Shown one piece after another: positions 25,835-39,227 of a DNA stretch of 64,000 nucleotides. The notes under the pieces are model-generated. The model saw only the letters and a list, made by a program, of their open reading frames with translations, had not been told where the DNA came from and did not search any database. Both the position numbers and the translations under genes were made by a program. Position 1 is the first letter of the stretch. Each line of letters begins with the position of its first letter. Source of the DNA: Schmidtea polychroa (lineage: Eukaryota); NCBI GenBank assembly GCA_044892525.1, contig CM097885.1, forward strand, positions 6,140,001 to 6,204,000. Direction: 5' to 3'.

Positions 25835-26118
25835 TTAATTTAGTTGAATGTTGATGGCCGGTTTAAGATTTTTATGTAAAGAGTCTCCCCGGCTAATCTT
25901 TGCATTGAATTTTTGAACGCATCTTGTAACATTTTGCATTTTGTTCTGTGTAAGAGTAGTGCTGATTTGTGCACTTTTTTCCAGTGTTCGTGATAATTGC
26001 TTGTTTTGGTTTTGACGTGTTCGTTGAGTCATGTTTGGAACATTATGTGCTTCGCCTATGTACGATGCGTCATATCTTGTGCCAGTAATTTGGTAAACAA
26101 TGTCCTTTGAGAAGCACA

Positions 26119-26119
<1 letters not shown>
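25835..26119 (-). mobile_element. Penelope-like element 3' fragment (GIY-YIG endonuclease remnant)
   Basis: CFSKDIVYQITGTRYDASYIGE matches the Penelope C..K.VVY.I.C..C...YIGET pattern. It ends LKPAINIQ and starts at an (AAT)n tract. Confidence 0.75.
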
Positions 26120-26205
<86 letters not shown>

Positions 26206-26432
26206 TGTGAAAGTAATTAATTTCTACAATTTAATACTATTTAATATTTAATTTTTTAATTTAAATAAAATTACATAAAAATAACTTCAACATTTGATAT
26301 AGTGAATGACGTTTTGATATGAAATGTAGAAATTATTTCTAATTTAAAATGAATCAAAATACAAAAAATAAAGCAAAGCAAAATTTTATTTTGACAATTT
26401 TGCGATAGCAACTAAAGCCACAATTTCCAACA

Positions 26433-26596
26433 CTAGCCACAAAGCTTTCTAGGGCATTTCTTTTTGTTTATCACTTCCACTTGTTCATCTGTTCAGGAAT
26501 GATAATAATTATTATATAATTTTATATATTTTTCATACTTTCTTCCTTCGTGCTTTTCACAGATTCCTCAGATTTTTCATTCAATTCTTTTAAATC

Positions 26597-26661
<65 letters not shown>

Positions 26662-26854
26662 TAATAAATAATAATAATAAATAAATAATAATAATTTGAT
26701 TGAAATTCAAATCTTTAACACAAAATAATCAATTTAAAAACTTCATAAAATTACTTTCAACATTAATAGCTTCCATTTCATTTTCCTCCTGCAGGGGGGT
26801 CCCGAAAACTTCACCAAGTGCAACTAGACCCAAAATAAGTAGAAATAATTTCAT
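26433..26854 (-). CDS. Small secreted peptide precursor, 70 aa, 3 exons (signal peptide, acidic pro-region, basic site, Cys-containing C-terminal peptide)
   Basis: Exons 26854-26755, 26595-26539 and 26488-26433, both introns GT-AG and phase 1. Protein: MKLFLLILGLVALGEVFGTPLQEENEMEAINVENLKELNEKSEESVKSTKEENEQVEVINKKKCPRKLCG*. TATAAAAG at 26891-26884 and AATAAA at 26390-26385 on the minus strand. Confidence 0.8.
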
Positions 26855-26975
26855 GATTCATGATTCATACAATTTTGTATCAGCTTTTATACTTGCATAA
26901 TATTTGTCTGTTCAAACTTATTAATATTTTGTTTTGTGTAGGTATTTGGTGTAGGAATTTGATGTAGCCATAACA

Positions 26976-27373
<398 letters not shown>

Positions 27374-28057
27374 TATATAATTAGATTTAAAATTTAAAAT
27401 TAAAAAAAAATATTTAAAATATAAAAAACGTTTTTTTTATAAAATAAAATATTAAAAAATTAAAAATTAAATTAAATTATTGAATTTAAAATTTAAAAAA
27501 TTGGAAATATTATTTGTGTAATTAAAATAAAATATAATTAAACTAATAAATTTATTATAAAATACTAAATGTTTATTTGCCCCATATGCAAAACTTCCCA
27601 GAGTGTAAGGTATAAGGAATTTTATAGTCAACATTCTCAGCACTTAAATTCTTTCAAAACAAATAAAAAAGAACTGTTTAAAATAATAAATAAGAATAAC
27701 ATTGAAATTGTAAATATTTTAAATAATAACACAAAAAAGAAATCTAACAAAAGACCTGCTGAACATAGGGTGTCTAAAATTAAAAATAAAATTATAAAAA
27801 CTGAAGTCATTGAGATCAGTGACGACGAAATTATTAAAAATGAAGTCATTCTACTCAGTGATGACGAATGTAATAATATTATATATACTATAAATCATTT
27901 TGAGTTGATGTATTTGAGTGGGTAAAAAATGTTTTTGACCTTGACCTTAAAAAATTTGCCATTGACCTTAGAATTTGACCTTAACAAATTTGACCTTGAC
28001 CTTGATGGGTAGGTGGTAGGGGGTGTCCTGGAGGTGACACATCCTACTACTGCCGAA

Positions 28058-28691
28058 CTGTGGGAGTTGAAAAAAGAAAATGGAAAATGCCATAGACAGG
28101 AATGGAGAACAACGAATTATCATGAGTACTGGACAACGGAGAACTATAAAGACGAAAGTCATCTTAATTAAATCAGAAGTGAAATTGGGTTAAAATTGGA
28201 ATAAGAGAGTTTTGCGATATTTGAAAATTAAAGTGGAGAATTCGAATTGAATTGAAAGTTGTTGAAAGCAATATAAGATCTAAATTGAATGTGCGAATCG
28301 ATATCGATATAATTTAATTGAACGGTGTGAGGAAATTTGAATTGAAATAAAAGAATCAGAGTATATCTAATAAAGTCAAGTCAATACACGAAGACAATCG
28401 AATCCGATTTACCCAATCGTTGAGTCAAATCAGCGACAAGTAATTATTATAGTGTTTGGGAATTATACATTGGGAGCTATTCCTAACGTAGTGTTGTAAT
28501 AAGCCCCGTATAATTGCCCACTTGTGTGTTGAATCAATTGTGTCGTTATCATTCATGTAATCAACTGTGATAATCAATAAAGGTTTATATTGTCAGAAAA
28601 TTGTTATTTTATAGATCAAATAATGCTCGCATTGGAGTCAGAGATTTGATTGGTAACTTTTACATTTCACCAACAACCCAATAACCCAACA
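28058..28691. mobile_element. Right part of an LTR interrupted by the Polinton-like element
   Basis: Ends GGAGTCAGAG...AATAACCCAACA, the reverse complement of the TGTTGGGTT...CTGACTCC start of the other LTR copies. The left boundary (upstream of 21594) is not resolved. Confidence 0.55.
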
Positions 28692-30046
28692 AATAATTTA
28701 AACAAAAATAACCGTACGACGTTTTTGGACTGGTTGTAATTTGTTATTAGCATTTTTGAAATTTTGAAATTTTTACAGTTTACACTCTAAATGAAATTTT
28801 GATTAAAAATGGTGTTAATTAATAAATTAAAAATAATTACTTTTATTGTGCAATTAAGGGTCTCGAAAAAGTTTCTAAGTCTAAGTCCAAAATTCCTAGT
28901 TACGTCACTGTATCAAATTACTATTAATATTTTATTTAACTTTTTATTATTGTGTCAATATTAAATTCTGAATTTCATTGAATTCTGAAAATTTCAGAAA
29001 AAAATATAATTTCAAAAAACTCCCACTTGTTTGGGAATGAAAAAAAATCATTCTAGAATCGCTTTCAATGATTGACATTCCCAAGGACGAATTATTCCGC
29101 AACATTCGGGCGCAAATCTGCTTTCCAAATTAACACATTTCTGTGCCTCAGTCGGGTTAGACTAATTAAAATGACTAATTTTCACTTTTGTTTTAATTTA
29201 TATTTTCCCGTAATTTTGAAATTATGGGAGATTTTAATCAGTAAATATGAAATGTTATTTTGTAAAAATGGTTTACTATTTTAATTAATTGTTTTCAATT
29301 TTTTATCAAACTAGACTTGAATTGACAATGCATCCTATATAAATTGTTAATAACATTTGATAAAGAATATGCCAAATACTTGTGTATAATTAGAACTTTC
29401 AATCAATAAGTTTCATCAGGTTGTGTGTCTGAACTTGATTAACATTTTCATATTATAAAAGGTTTATATTTTAAAGTTGTTTTCAATTGATTAAAATAAA
29501 AATTATAATTAAAATTTCATTTATTTCCATTTCGATTTCAACTATTGATGAATGTTGGAAATCCTTTAATGAGGAAACATTAGCATGACTCTTCCATTCC
29601 CATGTTGTTGGACTTTTTGGAGTTCATACTTTTGAATTTCCTTAAACAGCATCGAAAGGCGTCTTAGGTGATAAGATTATCAAATTACAGTTGAATTGCC
29701 ATATATAACTTACATGTTGAAATTTCAAAAAATTTTAATTGAAACTTTTAAATAGTTCATTAAAACAAACCTGATATATGTTATGTTTTTTCATAACTCA
29801 TCGTCATTTGTAGAAGTGACTCCAATGAAATGTTTGAAAAATTGAAAGTCATTATCCTAATGTATTGTGTACAATTAGAGTATGAATAAAATATGAATAA
29901 AAAATATTTTAATTGATGAATTTCTCATAACAAAATTTGAACTTTGTCATAAAAAAGAAAAATAATAATAATGTTTTAACACACTAAGTGGCACCCGTGA
30001 GAAGGCTCTGTCATATTTTTTGGATTTATTTTTGAAGTGTTATTAA

Positions 30047-30299
30047 CAGTGGCGGAACTTCAAAATTTGGGCCCCGCGCAATGTAAAATATTTCCACTTA
30101 AATTTTTCGGTTAAAGTTTAATACATAGTTATTCACAGCAGCCGCTATTCGATGATAGTTTTATGTTTGTAGGCAAATATAACTGCAGGAAAAAAGTTTC
30201 AGAAAATGATTGTAAATATTTTTTTAGTAATAATTTTGGGCCCCTATAGCTGGTTAGCCCCCGCAACGCAGGGTCCTGCGTCCACTAGTTACGCCACTG
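30047..30299. mobile_element. hAT MITE
   Basis: CAGTGGCGGAACT and AGTTACGCCACTG termini; exact 8-bp TSD GTTATTAA. Confidence 0.88.
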
Positions 30300-30554
30300 G
30301 TTATTAAAATACACACTTGAAAAAGTGACCACCGATAATTTATATTAGATATGAAAAAATTGTTTTGTAACCAAAGATAAATGAGATTGAAAATTTATAG
30401 AAAAAAATTTCTTTTAAATGATTGAGATTTCCTGAGCTAATCTTTCAGTAAATTAGTCATAGTCATATGGAAGGAACTCGTTTTTAACCATTGATGTACA
30501 TGAGCTTCCTAATATTTTAGCATCATATTGGCTTTAAAAATCTTAATACGTTAG

Positions 30555-30730
30555 TTTAATATTACCCCCAAAGACTTTATACTATGTTCAGTCTCTTGAT
30601 GTTTATGTAAATAAAGCCACAGTAACCCATTACAAGTATTGCAACTTGTCATTAATCATTTACGCCAAAATATAACCAAAAGCGACTTCATTGGAAGATG
30701 TTTATTGAATGAAAGATGCCTTCCTAAGGG
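30555..30730 (+). pseudogene. Pogo/Tigger DDE transposase remnant
   Basis: The peptide YVQSLDVYVNK resembles the LQPLDV.VN motif. Heavily decayed. Confidence 0.45.
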
Positions 30731-31932
30731 TTTGAGACATTACGACAGATGACACTACTGAAAATACAAATTATCTGACCAATAAAGTAACAAATGAAGA
30801 GAATGGATTTAATTATAAGGCCAGTTTATTATTTAACTTGTCGTTTACAAGGAAGAAATACTGGTGATAAATTTATGTCATTTTAGCAGGGACTAAGCAT
30901 TAAACTAAAGCCAGCATCCAACAAAATTTCAAAAATATGATTACCAGGTTTAAAACAATGAACCAATGGTTTGCAACTCCTGTCAAATCTACAAGTCCTC
31001 ACGTGCATTGCTGCCGAAATCCTTTGAGAGCTCCGAACAGAGTTTCTCAGGCCTCTTGTTTTTTTTCAATATTATCAGGAAACCAAAGTTGGGCTGCCCA
31101 ATGGTGTTCTAAACTACCGAGCTGTGAGTCTATAATCCTAAATATGATGTGCTCAGTTCTCATATAGATTGATCAATCCTGAGTTTAATTATATATTGCA
31201 TCTGTGTGCGCATTGTGTTTTGATTGTACTTTTTCTGTTAAGTTGAGCACACAGACGCGAGACAAGAAACTTGTTTTAAAAGAGTTTCGCGCTAATTTTG
31301 AGAATAGATTTTTTTGTAGTTTCATTTTTATTCGTTTTCATTATGAAATGGTGTAACTTAAAGAATGGATATTCATGAGTGTTGACAATGAAAGTAGCTC
31401 TAAAAATCTCTTTGTTCATTTTAAATCTATCGCATCCGGCAATGCAATCTCAATAACTGATCGAGAAGTTCTTTTCAATATTCCCAAAGCTGACAGAGGA
31501 TCCAGGACTCAAATTATGTTGGAGACATTTAATGCACCTGTTGGGGTTCGGTACGAGCCGGAATTAAAAATATTAGGGCAATTTTTGAATTAAATAAAAT
31601 TAATTATTAATAGTACTTAAAAATTACTTAAAATAGAAATAAATCATTAATAATTATTATAATAAGAAATAGAGTATAAATAGTAAATAAAAATTACCAT
31701 ACTTAGAATATTAATAAAAATAGTATATAAATAAAAATATGTAGTAAAAATAGTAATTAAGTAATTACTATAAATAGAATTAGAAATTTTAAAATTAATA
31801 TAAATATCGCTACAAATTTTAGTTTACGGACGACCATTAATTAGACAAAATTTAAAGAGGACCTAATTGTAAAATTTGACGAGAAGGCTCACAATAACTC
31901 TTAATTAGTTAAGAAGAAAGTCAGACTGAATC

Positions 31933-32486
31933 CAGTGGCGTACCAAGGATTTCTGGAGCCCTTGTGCAGATTTTGGGACGCACAAAATATTTGTCCAACG
32001 AAGTGATCCGAGGAACCAAACCATAGGCAGGCTTGGGGGAAGGTGATTAGCAACTCTCTGAGTAAATTTGCGCATTTTAAAGATTAAATTTACCGCATAG
32101 TAAATATCAACAAAACTCTATGACCTCTGTCATGATGTCGTTATACCGCCATTTTGAATCGAGTAGGCAAATATATTGGATTTGACGTTTTATTAATAAA
32201 CAAGTCCTCATCACATAAAAAAACCAACGTCAAGTAAAGCAAATAATTTAATATATGAATGGGTGTGACATATGTGGTTTACAACTATATCCAATATAGA
32301 TTCCTAATAATATTAAATGTATAAACCGTCCAAACTGTGGTTGCTGTCTTAATAAAAACAAAACAAACGCCAAAGCGATGCTTGGTTTGATGACAATCGG
32401 GGAATTTATAATGCTCGAACGTATAAATTTTACTAATTTTTCGTCCTTGGCCCTTGTGCCGTGCACAGCCTATTGCTACGCCACTG
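31933..32486. mobile_element. hAT MITE
   Basis: CAGTGGCGTA and TACGCCACTG termini; exact 8-bp TSD ACTGAATC. Confidence 0.88.
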
Positions 32487-33768
32487 ACTGAATCCAAATA
32501 TAGTTGATCGATTTCGATTTTCGCAAGCGCAAAATTATAATCAGTTATCCTAATTTAAGTGGAACTGCGTAATACATATTGATCAAAAAATTGTCAACTC
32601 TCTAAAACAATTTATTTGGAATTTGTTGGCAAATTCGAGTTGGAATAGATCATAACCATTTTCTGGTTCTCTCTATTTATATTTTTCTAAATTATTTGCG
32701 GATAAAAATATATTCGTTAAAACATTTATTTATTAAAAAATATATAATTAAAGGGTCAAAGCGTCAGTACGCCTTTTGTTAATGTTTCGCTTTTTGGAAA
32801 ATTAAGTCTTATCCATTTCTGGGATTTAGACTATAGCGTTAAATTTACGGGATTCACCTTCGTCTTTGTCCTATATCGGACTGTTGGCGCATTTAGGGCC
32901 AGTCCTGATACTTTGTAATAACCTTCAGGGCGGTTTGAATAACCGATTTTCTGTACTTTGAGCGCAGCGAGTGTTGTTTTATTATCTAACAAGTTTTGTA
33001 ATTTATTTAGTTTAAATAAATATTCGTAAAAATCATATTTATTTATTTAATAACCACATATATCATACGCGCAACCTATTAAATAACAGTGGAGTCGAAC
33101 CTTTTTGTGCTAGATCGAGTACCCCATCGAACCTAACACACCAATGAAAATTCAAATGTTGACGATAATGACAATGATGACAGCTTATTCCTCTGTTATC
33201 ATTCTGGACTCTAGTGATCCTATATCACACACTATGGCAATTTATGAAACCTTATGAAGTGGTTCAACAATTTATCCTGATGTTGCTGTTCGAATGCAAA
33301 TCTCAATTCCATTTGAAATTTGTATGAGAATTTACCATAGCCTGAGTTCGTCACCTCGACCTCTAATCATTATTCTGTCCCATGTTCCTTACACCCTAAC
33401 CCTAACCTTACCTTAATATCCAATACTTAGTCAATTATTGGCTTCAAATGATAAAGCATGCAAATATATAGGTTAAACGCAAATCACGGGTTGCCATGCC
33501 AACCACAAAATAAATGGATTTCTAATTTTATAAAGTCGATAAATGAAAATTATGCTTTCGAATATAAAAATGCATGCAAAATTATTGCTTATCAATTGCT
33601 ATAATATCTAATATAAAATTTCTATAAGAAATAATTTTTAGTCTGGAACTAATATAGAACCTAAAATTCAATCAATTACGTCATAATTGAACAGTTTATA
33701 ACAATTACGCTATCAAATATTATAAATACAAAAATAAAGACTGTCAAAAACTAGTACAATAATTTCTA

Positions 33769-34223
33769 CTAATACCAACGAAAGCCGTGCAAAATACGCT
33801 CAGTTTTCTCGTAATTTGGATTTTGAATTTCTCCATAGTGGCAATTTTCTGCATCTTTTTCCCAGCAGGGTTTTACATATTCCTGAACCTTGAAAATGTT
33901 ATGTTTTAAAAAATCTTTGCTTTCACTCAGATTTTCCTAATTAATTGAAAGATAACAGATTAAAATTATACACAAAAAACCTGTATTGACTTTCCTATTG
34001 TAGGCTTCCCTTCAATATCCACAACAAAATAATGTCCATCATAATTTACAAATGGCTCAAAATATCTGTTCATTTTAAAGGGTAAGCGTTTCAATCCCAA
34101 ATTTTTAACATCTTTTATGACTCCGCCGTTATCCATTATCATTAGAAAACTACTTTTTAAAGTTTCTGCTAACTGTGCTCGAGGCATTTTCTTTAAAACA
34201 ATAACCCATTCATATAAAACCAT
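33769..34223 (-). CDS. MRPS6: Mitochondrial ribosomal protein S6 (bS6m), 2 exons
   Basis: Exon 1 (34223-33981): MVLYEWVIVLKKMPR...GGVIKDVKNLGLKRLPFKM...GHYFVVD. 44-nt GT-AG intron 33980-33937. Exon 2 (33936-33769): ENLSESKDFLKHNIFK...HGFRWY*. Confidence 0.88.
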
Positions 34224-35377
34224 TAGCAAAATTTTAGAAAATAATTTGCACTAATAATTAAACTTTTGAAATTTAAATAACATTTAAACAAATATATTAA
34301 TTCTTAGAATATTTTTAAATGTTTCTTTAATGTTTAAAATAGTTAAATATAAAATAATTGTTTACCACGTTGTAAAAAAATCTATTTAAAAAAATTTATA
34401 GTGGTTTTAAAATTGCTAAAGATTGGGTCACTTTTATTGTGTAACAACGGGTCTGGCGACAACATTTTAAAGGCTCTGTAAGTTAATAATGTCACATGCT
34501 TTGAGAGTAAAAAATTGAATATTTGAAGAGTCTAAGATTTGATGAATATATGGTGAATAATTTCCATTTGTAAAAGACCTTTTACAGTTTTCACTCATTA
34601 GAACTAAACATATATTTTTCTCTCATCTTACACGGTTTTCAAATGGTTTGTGTTGAGTTCTCGATAATTGAGAATCTCAACTTAACTGGTTCTTATATAA
34701 GGTAAAAATAAGTAGTGAGTATATAATATATATTTAACAACAAAATTTGCCAGCAATATAGATTTATCGGATTCAATATATCAAATGTAGATTTAACAAA
34801 TTCAGATTCAAAATATCAAGTTTATTCTACAGAAAAAGACTGCGTGCTGTGTAAAAATGTTGTGTAGAATATGTGTAGAAATGTTGTGTAAGTAATAACT
34901 CCAAAAAAGAAAATTATATTTAGTGTAGATCTGCTAATTTCAGTTTCTATCTGGGTTATATCCTCCAATATTTATTGCGAGAGCATTTTTGGCAAAGTAA
35001 TTGAGTTTTCACTCAGTTTTTATAATAATTTTTATTTACACCATCAACTATTTAAATTAATTAAAATTAATGTTGTAGTATTTAAAATAATTTAATAAAT
35101 CATGTTTTATTCAAAAAATATTCATTTCCCCATCTGCAGGATTTTGCAGTAATTAACGAAAATTTATTAAAACCTTATATCAATTTGCAGAATCAAGAGA
35201 CAAATTAGTTTGGCTTATAAACCGTAAAACAGCACACCAATTCTTCGCAAAAACGAATTAATTCTTTTCCCTAAAAATTGAATGTAAATCGAAATTGCGT
35301 TAAGCGAGGGATTGGTGTACTTAGTTAAATCAAGAAACTCTGGAATAAAATTAGTAGTAACAAAAAATCAGCTAATA

Positions 35378-36000
35378 CACCTAAACATCGATTTGCGTCG
35401 TTAATTGGGATCGTAAAAAGACGACGCAAATCGAAATCATTTATCGTGTGTTTTTATACCAGTTTTTCATTAATCAGTATCTTGGAGTAAATTTCATGAA
35501 AAAACCAAATTTTATTAATAAAACATGTTTTTATATCATAAGTGTATGAATATCAACAAAAACTTTAATTCATTATAAATTAAAACAGTACATTAAATAA
35601 AAAAACTTAAAAACATATTAAATTAAAACAAAAGTTCGCTAAATTCATAAAAATTATAATTTTTACATTTTATAATATTTTAAATACTTTAATTTATTTT
35701 AAACTTAAAGACCTAATATTAATTAAAACAACAAAAATTCATTAAATTTCACAAAAAGTATAATTTTTAAAATAGCATACCTTTTCATTCTGAACCTAAA
35801 AGATTCTATATCGATAGTCATTTCTGTTGACTGATTTGGTTGTTGTGGTAATTTCATCAAAAAACTGTCCAAAGTTTGCTGAATTGAAAAAGATTTTTTT
35901 TCCAAATAAATTTCTTAGTAACAATTTCTAGAATCAGCTAATAATCGACGCAACTTCGAAAACGACGAAAATCGGAACGACTCAAATTGAGGTTTAGCTG
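35378..36000. mobile_element. Pogo/Tc1-like non-autonomous element
   Basis: Imperfect TIRs CACCTAAACATCGATTTGCGTCG and CGACTCAAATTGAGGTTTAGCTG with TA flanks. The internal minus-strand peptide QQTLDSFLMK resembles a pogo C-terminus. Confidence 0.6.
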
Positions 36001-36120
36001 TATATATACCACAACACACAAATTGTTTAAATGATAAGGATTTCTAATTTATACAAAATATTAATGTTTTACCTATAATATTCAAGAAATCGCAACAATA
36101 ACTACATAATTCGTTTGTTT

Positions 36121-36830
36121 TGTTGGGTTTTATTAATTCAAGTTGGTAACCTTTGACTCCACGTGTCTTTTTAATCGTAAATAGCAAAACAATAAACTAC
36201 CCAACGTATATTTATATCACAAAAATCTCTCAAAATCCAAGGATACAATAAACGACAGAGTTTTACAAGTTTAATCGATTCTCCTCTCGGCGCTGATGCT
36301 TTGTCAAAATCTTTATCAATATTCAGCTTTTTTCCACTAACTTCTTTTTAATCGAACTTTTACTATTTGATCTGGTTCGCTTCTTATTCAATTTTCTTTT
36401 CACGCCTCGAAAATCTCCTAACTCTATCCGTTCGTTTCCCTAACTTCCTAATAGTCCTAAGCTCGGTTTATTTGCGTTCTTAACTGAGGCAGAATGTCGG
36501 TTTGCTCTGATTTTCACATTCCTTATATACTCTTCGAAATCGGGATGACAAATGGTTATTGCCAAGCCAATACTCTCCTGACATTCGACTCCACATATCT
36601 GCTTCGGCTGTCACCTAAAATGGTCTGACGAACAAAGATAATTAATGGCCCACCCGGGCCTTTTTGCACGCACTATCTTTTTCTTGGTCTTCTTCCATTA
36701 ATCATTGTGACAAGATTATGGGCCTAAATTTTCCTTCTGTTTATTTTTCTCTTTGTTTACCCAACTCGGGATTTCTTTTTACTAGCTAATTAATTAATTA
36801 ATTAACTTCATTTTCTTGTTTTTCATCTTG
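36121..36830. mobile_element. Truncated LTR of the same family as 4988-5951
   Basis: Starts TGTTGGGTTTTAT and contains TGACTCCACGTG, CCAACGTATATT and CTCGGG...(TTAA)n in the same order. No right terminus or TSD found. Confidence 0.65.
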
Positions 36831-39227
36831 AAGTTTCAAGTCAAATTGAGACCTGAAAAATAGTGATATACAAAGTCTATCATTTGATCAATCAGAAATA
36901 AAAGAAAAGAAATAATTTTAAATAAAAACCAAACATATAAACAAAAATGAAATTAGCCAATAAAATTTATCTTTTCAGCTCAATATTTAATGATTTCTTA
37001 CACATTAAAATAACAACAATAAAAACGATCAAAAACACATGATGGATTCTGATTGATCGAATTTGTCAACCAAATGGTAAATTAGAAATGGTCCCAGCAG
37101 ACACTTTACCACTTTTTTAAACTCTTAACTTAACCACTTTTGATAAATCTTCAAATCGATTAAGTCTTTTCTTAGAAATCATATTGGTTCAAGCTAATTC
37201 GTATCATTGAACTATTGTCCACTACTTTTCAAAGACTTTATTGGAAGAATTCGTTTCAAACTGTCTTATTGGGCGATCATAAATTGTACGCTTGGAAAAT
37301 ATTTTCATTATTTTTTATGAGTGATGTACATTTAATTTGATAGTTATTCCTGTAATATAAATACAAAAAAACTTTAGTCAAAAAACAAAATTCGTTCCAC
37401 CTTTTTGACACTCTTTTAATTTTCATATTTTTAATTCAGGATTTTATTATTATGCAGGTCCGTTAAATATGATCAAGTGCTGTATTATTATGCTATAGAT
37501 ATGTGATTATGTAGAAACTTTCATTGTCGGGTGGAAGAGATCATTAGTGGTTCTTGGCATAGACGGTAGGAAATTCCCTCAAATCAATAGCAATGGCCGT
37601 AACGGAGTCTCCCAATGAGGCAGCGGTACAGTCATCTCTGACTATCATAATTTTAAAATTATATCTTTGAGAAAATTGTCAAAACCATGATGTGAAAAGT
37701 GAGAGAGAAAAAAGGTCACAATAACTGAAATGGCTGCTAAGTAATAATAGAGACTGCCACCCCTCTAGAACAATTTGAATAATTAGTAACAAATTACATT
37801 TAGCGATTTAGGTATTAATAGCACATTCTATCACTTTTGAGCAATTTAAATATTTGGTAGAAAACGATACAAGACCATCTAAAGACTTAAAAGCAATTGA
37901 TAACTGTCAATTTAGAGATTTAGCAAAAATGCAAGGAAAGCAGATCCTCATTACATTTTCAATATTGGATTCATGAATACCAATGGAAGGTCTTATGTCG
38001 TTATATCATAATACATCCATTTCTTGGATTATTGTTTATTCTTGTTCATTAAGCTATGGTCATCTAATTTGATGTCATTCAGTGTTACTTTCAAATTTTT
38101 TAGCAGAGATCGGGCCTTATTTCTTATTATATAATTATATTCCTTGATTTTCTATTTTTTGTTAAGTATAGTATTCGTTGTCATGAAATGCGCGAGTGAA
38201 ATGGTTTCGATCAATGCGAAATTCTGAAGTCCAACTCCTCAAGATCTTTTGGAAACTACTCGAATTGTTTTATATTGTGAGATTTTGATTCTACATAAAC
38301 TCTCATCAAATCTATATTTACCTCTGTGACTTGTTCACTCAAATGAGTCTTGCAATGAAAATTCAGGTAGCGTCGAAAACCTGAGAAAATATTTATGATG
38401 TTGTGCACTTTACTTTGTATTATTTGATGTATAATCATAGACATTGATTCGACTTGAAGCGGTTTCCATTATATGATTTCAAAATATGCATTTAAACAAG
38501 GTCTCAATTTTTCGGCTCTAGCTCAACAATATAAACACAGTAAATTCCACCAATCCATCTATTTCTTGGTCATCAGAAAAATGCATTCTTTATTTGTCGT
38601 TTTATTTTTTTATAATTTATTATTTTGTTATATTTTAGCCACATATGGTCCAACATTGCGACAAATATTTTTTCATTCGTTCAATTTATCGGCAAACATT
38701 AATGATCTTTTCAGCTCAATATTTAATGATTTCTTACACATTAAATAATTAAATTTTCATTGATTTTGATTAATTTTGTGCAACAAACATATAGATAATA
38801 GACGTCATGCCATTTTCTGTCAAGCACCATTTCTCCTAGCGTTTGTCCATAGTCAATTCTAATAATCTGAAAACACTACCAGACTTAAAGCTTATTTAAG
38901 ACATGTTTTGTAGTTTTTCATATTAATTAATTTTAATTAATTTTCAATTAAATATTTTTCTTTAAATGAATTTTCTTAAATTAATGCACTTCAAATTTGT
39001 TAATTTGTTAATTAAATTGTTAAATTACTTTTGATATTTACATTGATTAATAAATAAATATTAATTAATAAAACTATTCATTTATTACCGCGGATTTAAT
39101 GTTAAAATTTTACTAAGAATTTTGATAATCTATAATTAAATATTTATATTTACAAATTAATTGTTTATTAATTCTTAACAGTTAATAAAATACATTGTTT
39201 AAATATTCATTCTTGTCATTAATTCAA

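Noticed and set aside
26433..26453. Oxytocin/vasopressin orthologue
   Set aside because: Only the C-x4-C spacing matches. The peptide is at the C-terminus rather than after the signal peptide, and there is no PxG-GKR tail or neurophysin domain.
27569..27925. 118-aa zinc-finger ORF as an independent gene
   Set aside because: It is the inverted duplicate of the pPolB 5' end running into the right TIR.
33393..33413. Interstitial telomeric repeat (CCCTAA)n
   Set aside because: Only about two perfect units, too short to support.
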